In this document: positions 62,828 to 64,000 of the stretch, piece after piece
How positions within the stretch are numbered: position 1 is the stretch's first letter
Layout: the number at the start of each line of letters is the position of its first letter
Source of the DNA: Moniliella sp. 'wahieum'
Taxonomy: Eukaryota
NCBI GenBank assembly: GCA_003971905.1
Contig: RSEE01000036.1
Span: forward strand, 186,001-250,000
DNA: 64,000 bases
Reading direction: 5' to 3'
Program-made: the position numbers and the translations under genes
The notes under the pieces: model-generated
Database searches by the model: none
Told to the model about the DNA's origin: nothing
What the model saw: the letters and a program-made list of their open reading frames with translations, nothing else

Positions 62828-63790
62828 ATGCCGCGCGCACGCCGCAACAAAGTTGTCTCGCTGACGCAGACCAGTAAGAAGACTAGGGCCGACAAGGAGT
62901 CTTTCGCGCGACACGGTCCGTGATACCGCCAACAAGTTTACCTATGCATGGCTCTTCTCTATTGGCAACATGCGAAATGCCTACATCAAGGATGTCCGGC
63001 AACTCTGGGAGGGCAGCCGTATTTTCTTTGGAAAAGCGGTGTCATTCGCTTTGCTCTTGGCACGGAGGAACAGAATGAACTCCGACCCGGTATCTCTGCT
63101 CTGTCCAACGTACGTTTCATAATCATGCCGGTTTTTCGGGAACGAAACTAACATGGTTTTTATGCCCTACAGCGCCTGACTGGTCAAGTAGGCATCCTCT
63201 TCACGATTCTCCCCGGAAGAAGTGCAGGACTGGTTCGAGAGCTACTCTCGCCCGCGACTTTGCACGCGCGGGCAACATTGCGACGGAAACGGTCGTCCTC
63301 CGAAGGGGCCCGTACAGATGCGCACCACACCGCCCGAGAATCTGCCTCATCCATCGAGCCCCAACTGAGGCAGTTGGGCATGCCCACCGAACTGCAGCGT
63401 GGTGTGCCTACCCTGCTTCGGGACTTCACCCGTCTGCAAAAGGGCGAGAAATTGAGCAAGGAGGCTGCACATTCTGAAACTCCTGCTTGTCCAGCAAGCT
63501 GAGTTCCGCATTATCCCGCTGGCCTACTGGAGTGCTGTGGCTCGCGGCGATAAGGCAGAGGGTGCATTTACCGAGCTTGAGCTCACTCTGAACAGAGAGC
63601 TGTGATTGAGCAAAGCGGAGCGGACCTGGCGGTAGTGGGTCAATCCGGAACAAGGCAGATGGCACTAAGGTTGCCACGGCCCAGAATGCAAGCGACGACG
63701 ACGAGGACGTTGAAATTGACGATGGCGACCAGGTCACCGACGGGATGCTCCCTGCCCACCTCCGCTGACGCCTTGTTCACCTTTGCCTAG
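62828..63790 (+). CDS. MRT4: Ribosome assembly factor Mrt4 (uL10 paralog), frameshifted
   Basis: MPRARRNKVVSLTQTSKK, WLFSIGNMRNAYIKDVRQLWEGSRIFFGK, LTGQVGILFT, DFARAG, SIEPQLRQLGMPT; intron 63110-63172. Confidence 0.92.
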
Positions 63791-64000
63791 TTTGCCTGCA
63801 TTTCGTCTCGACCCCACACTCCTCGAATGTACTATTACCTCATGGCGCCTAGCTTGGGACCATGGGGGTGGACTGTGACAGAAACCAAACTCAAAAGGTG
63901 CCGAGTGGGCTCCTGAGAGGTTAAAATGGGGAAGATGCTGGATATTCGGTATACAGCAAGCCGTGAACACAGGCACAAACATGCATGACTTGATGCATGA

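Noticed and set aside
5499..63790. Calling the frameshifted genes pseudogenes or programmed frameshifts
   Set aside because: Many are essential or highly conserved genes with intact motifs; a uniform sequencing-error explanation is simpler.

Overview
Eukaryotic, intron-poor fungal DNA; a basidiomycete, probably Ustilaginomycotina, is inferred from gene style. Almost every gene is broken by 1-bp frameshifts, often in homopolymers, which looks like an unpolished long-read consensus rather than real pseudogenes. Recognisable genes are LTV1, a G-protein beta subunit, trifunctional TRP1, glycogen synthase, condensin Ycg1, an MFS drug transporter, an APC amino-acid permease, Dma1 (FHA-RING), a multicopper oxidase, RPL28, a Pac2/WOPR factor, RPL33, RPL6 and MRT4. 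There are also two large unassigned proteins and a hidden ~54-aa secreted two-Cys peptide gene. Intergenic DNA holds about 11 pieces of a non-autonomous Helitron-like family, one with a solo LTR inserted in its 3' hairpin. The most unusual signal is a 7-bp 'grammar' in upstream intergenic regions: T-N-A triplets separated by almost any 4-bp palindrome (TGCA, ACGT, AGCT, CTAG, GGCC, TCGA, CATG, GATC, CCGG and others). Different palindromes are chained in register, and one 21-bp array is present in a single transposon copy but absent from its paralogs.
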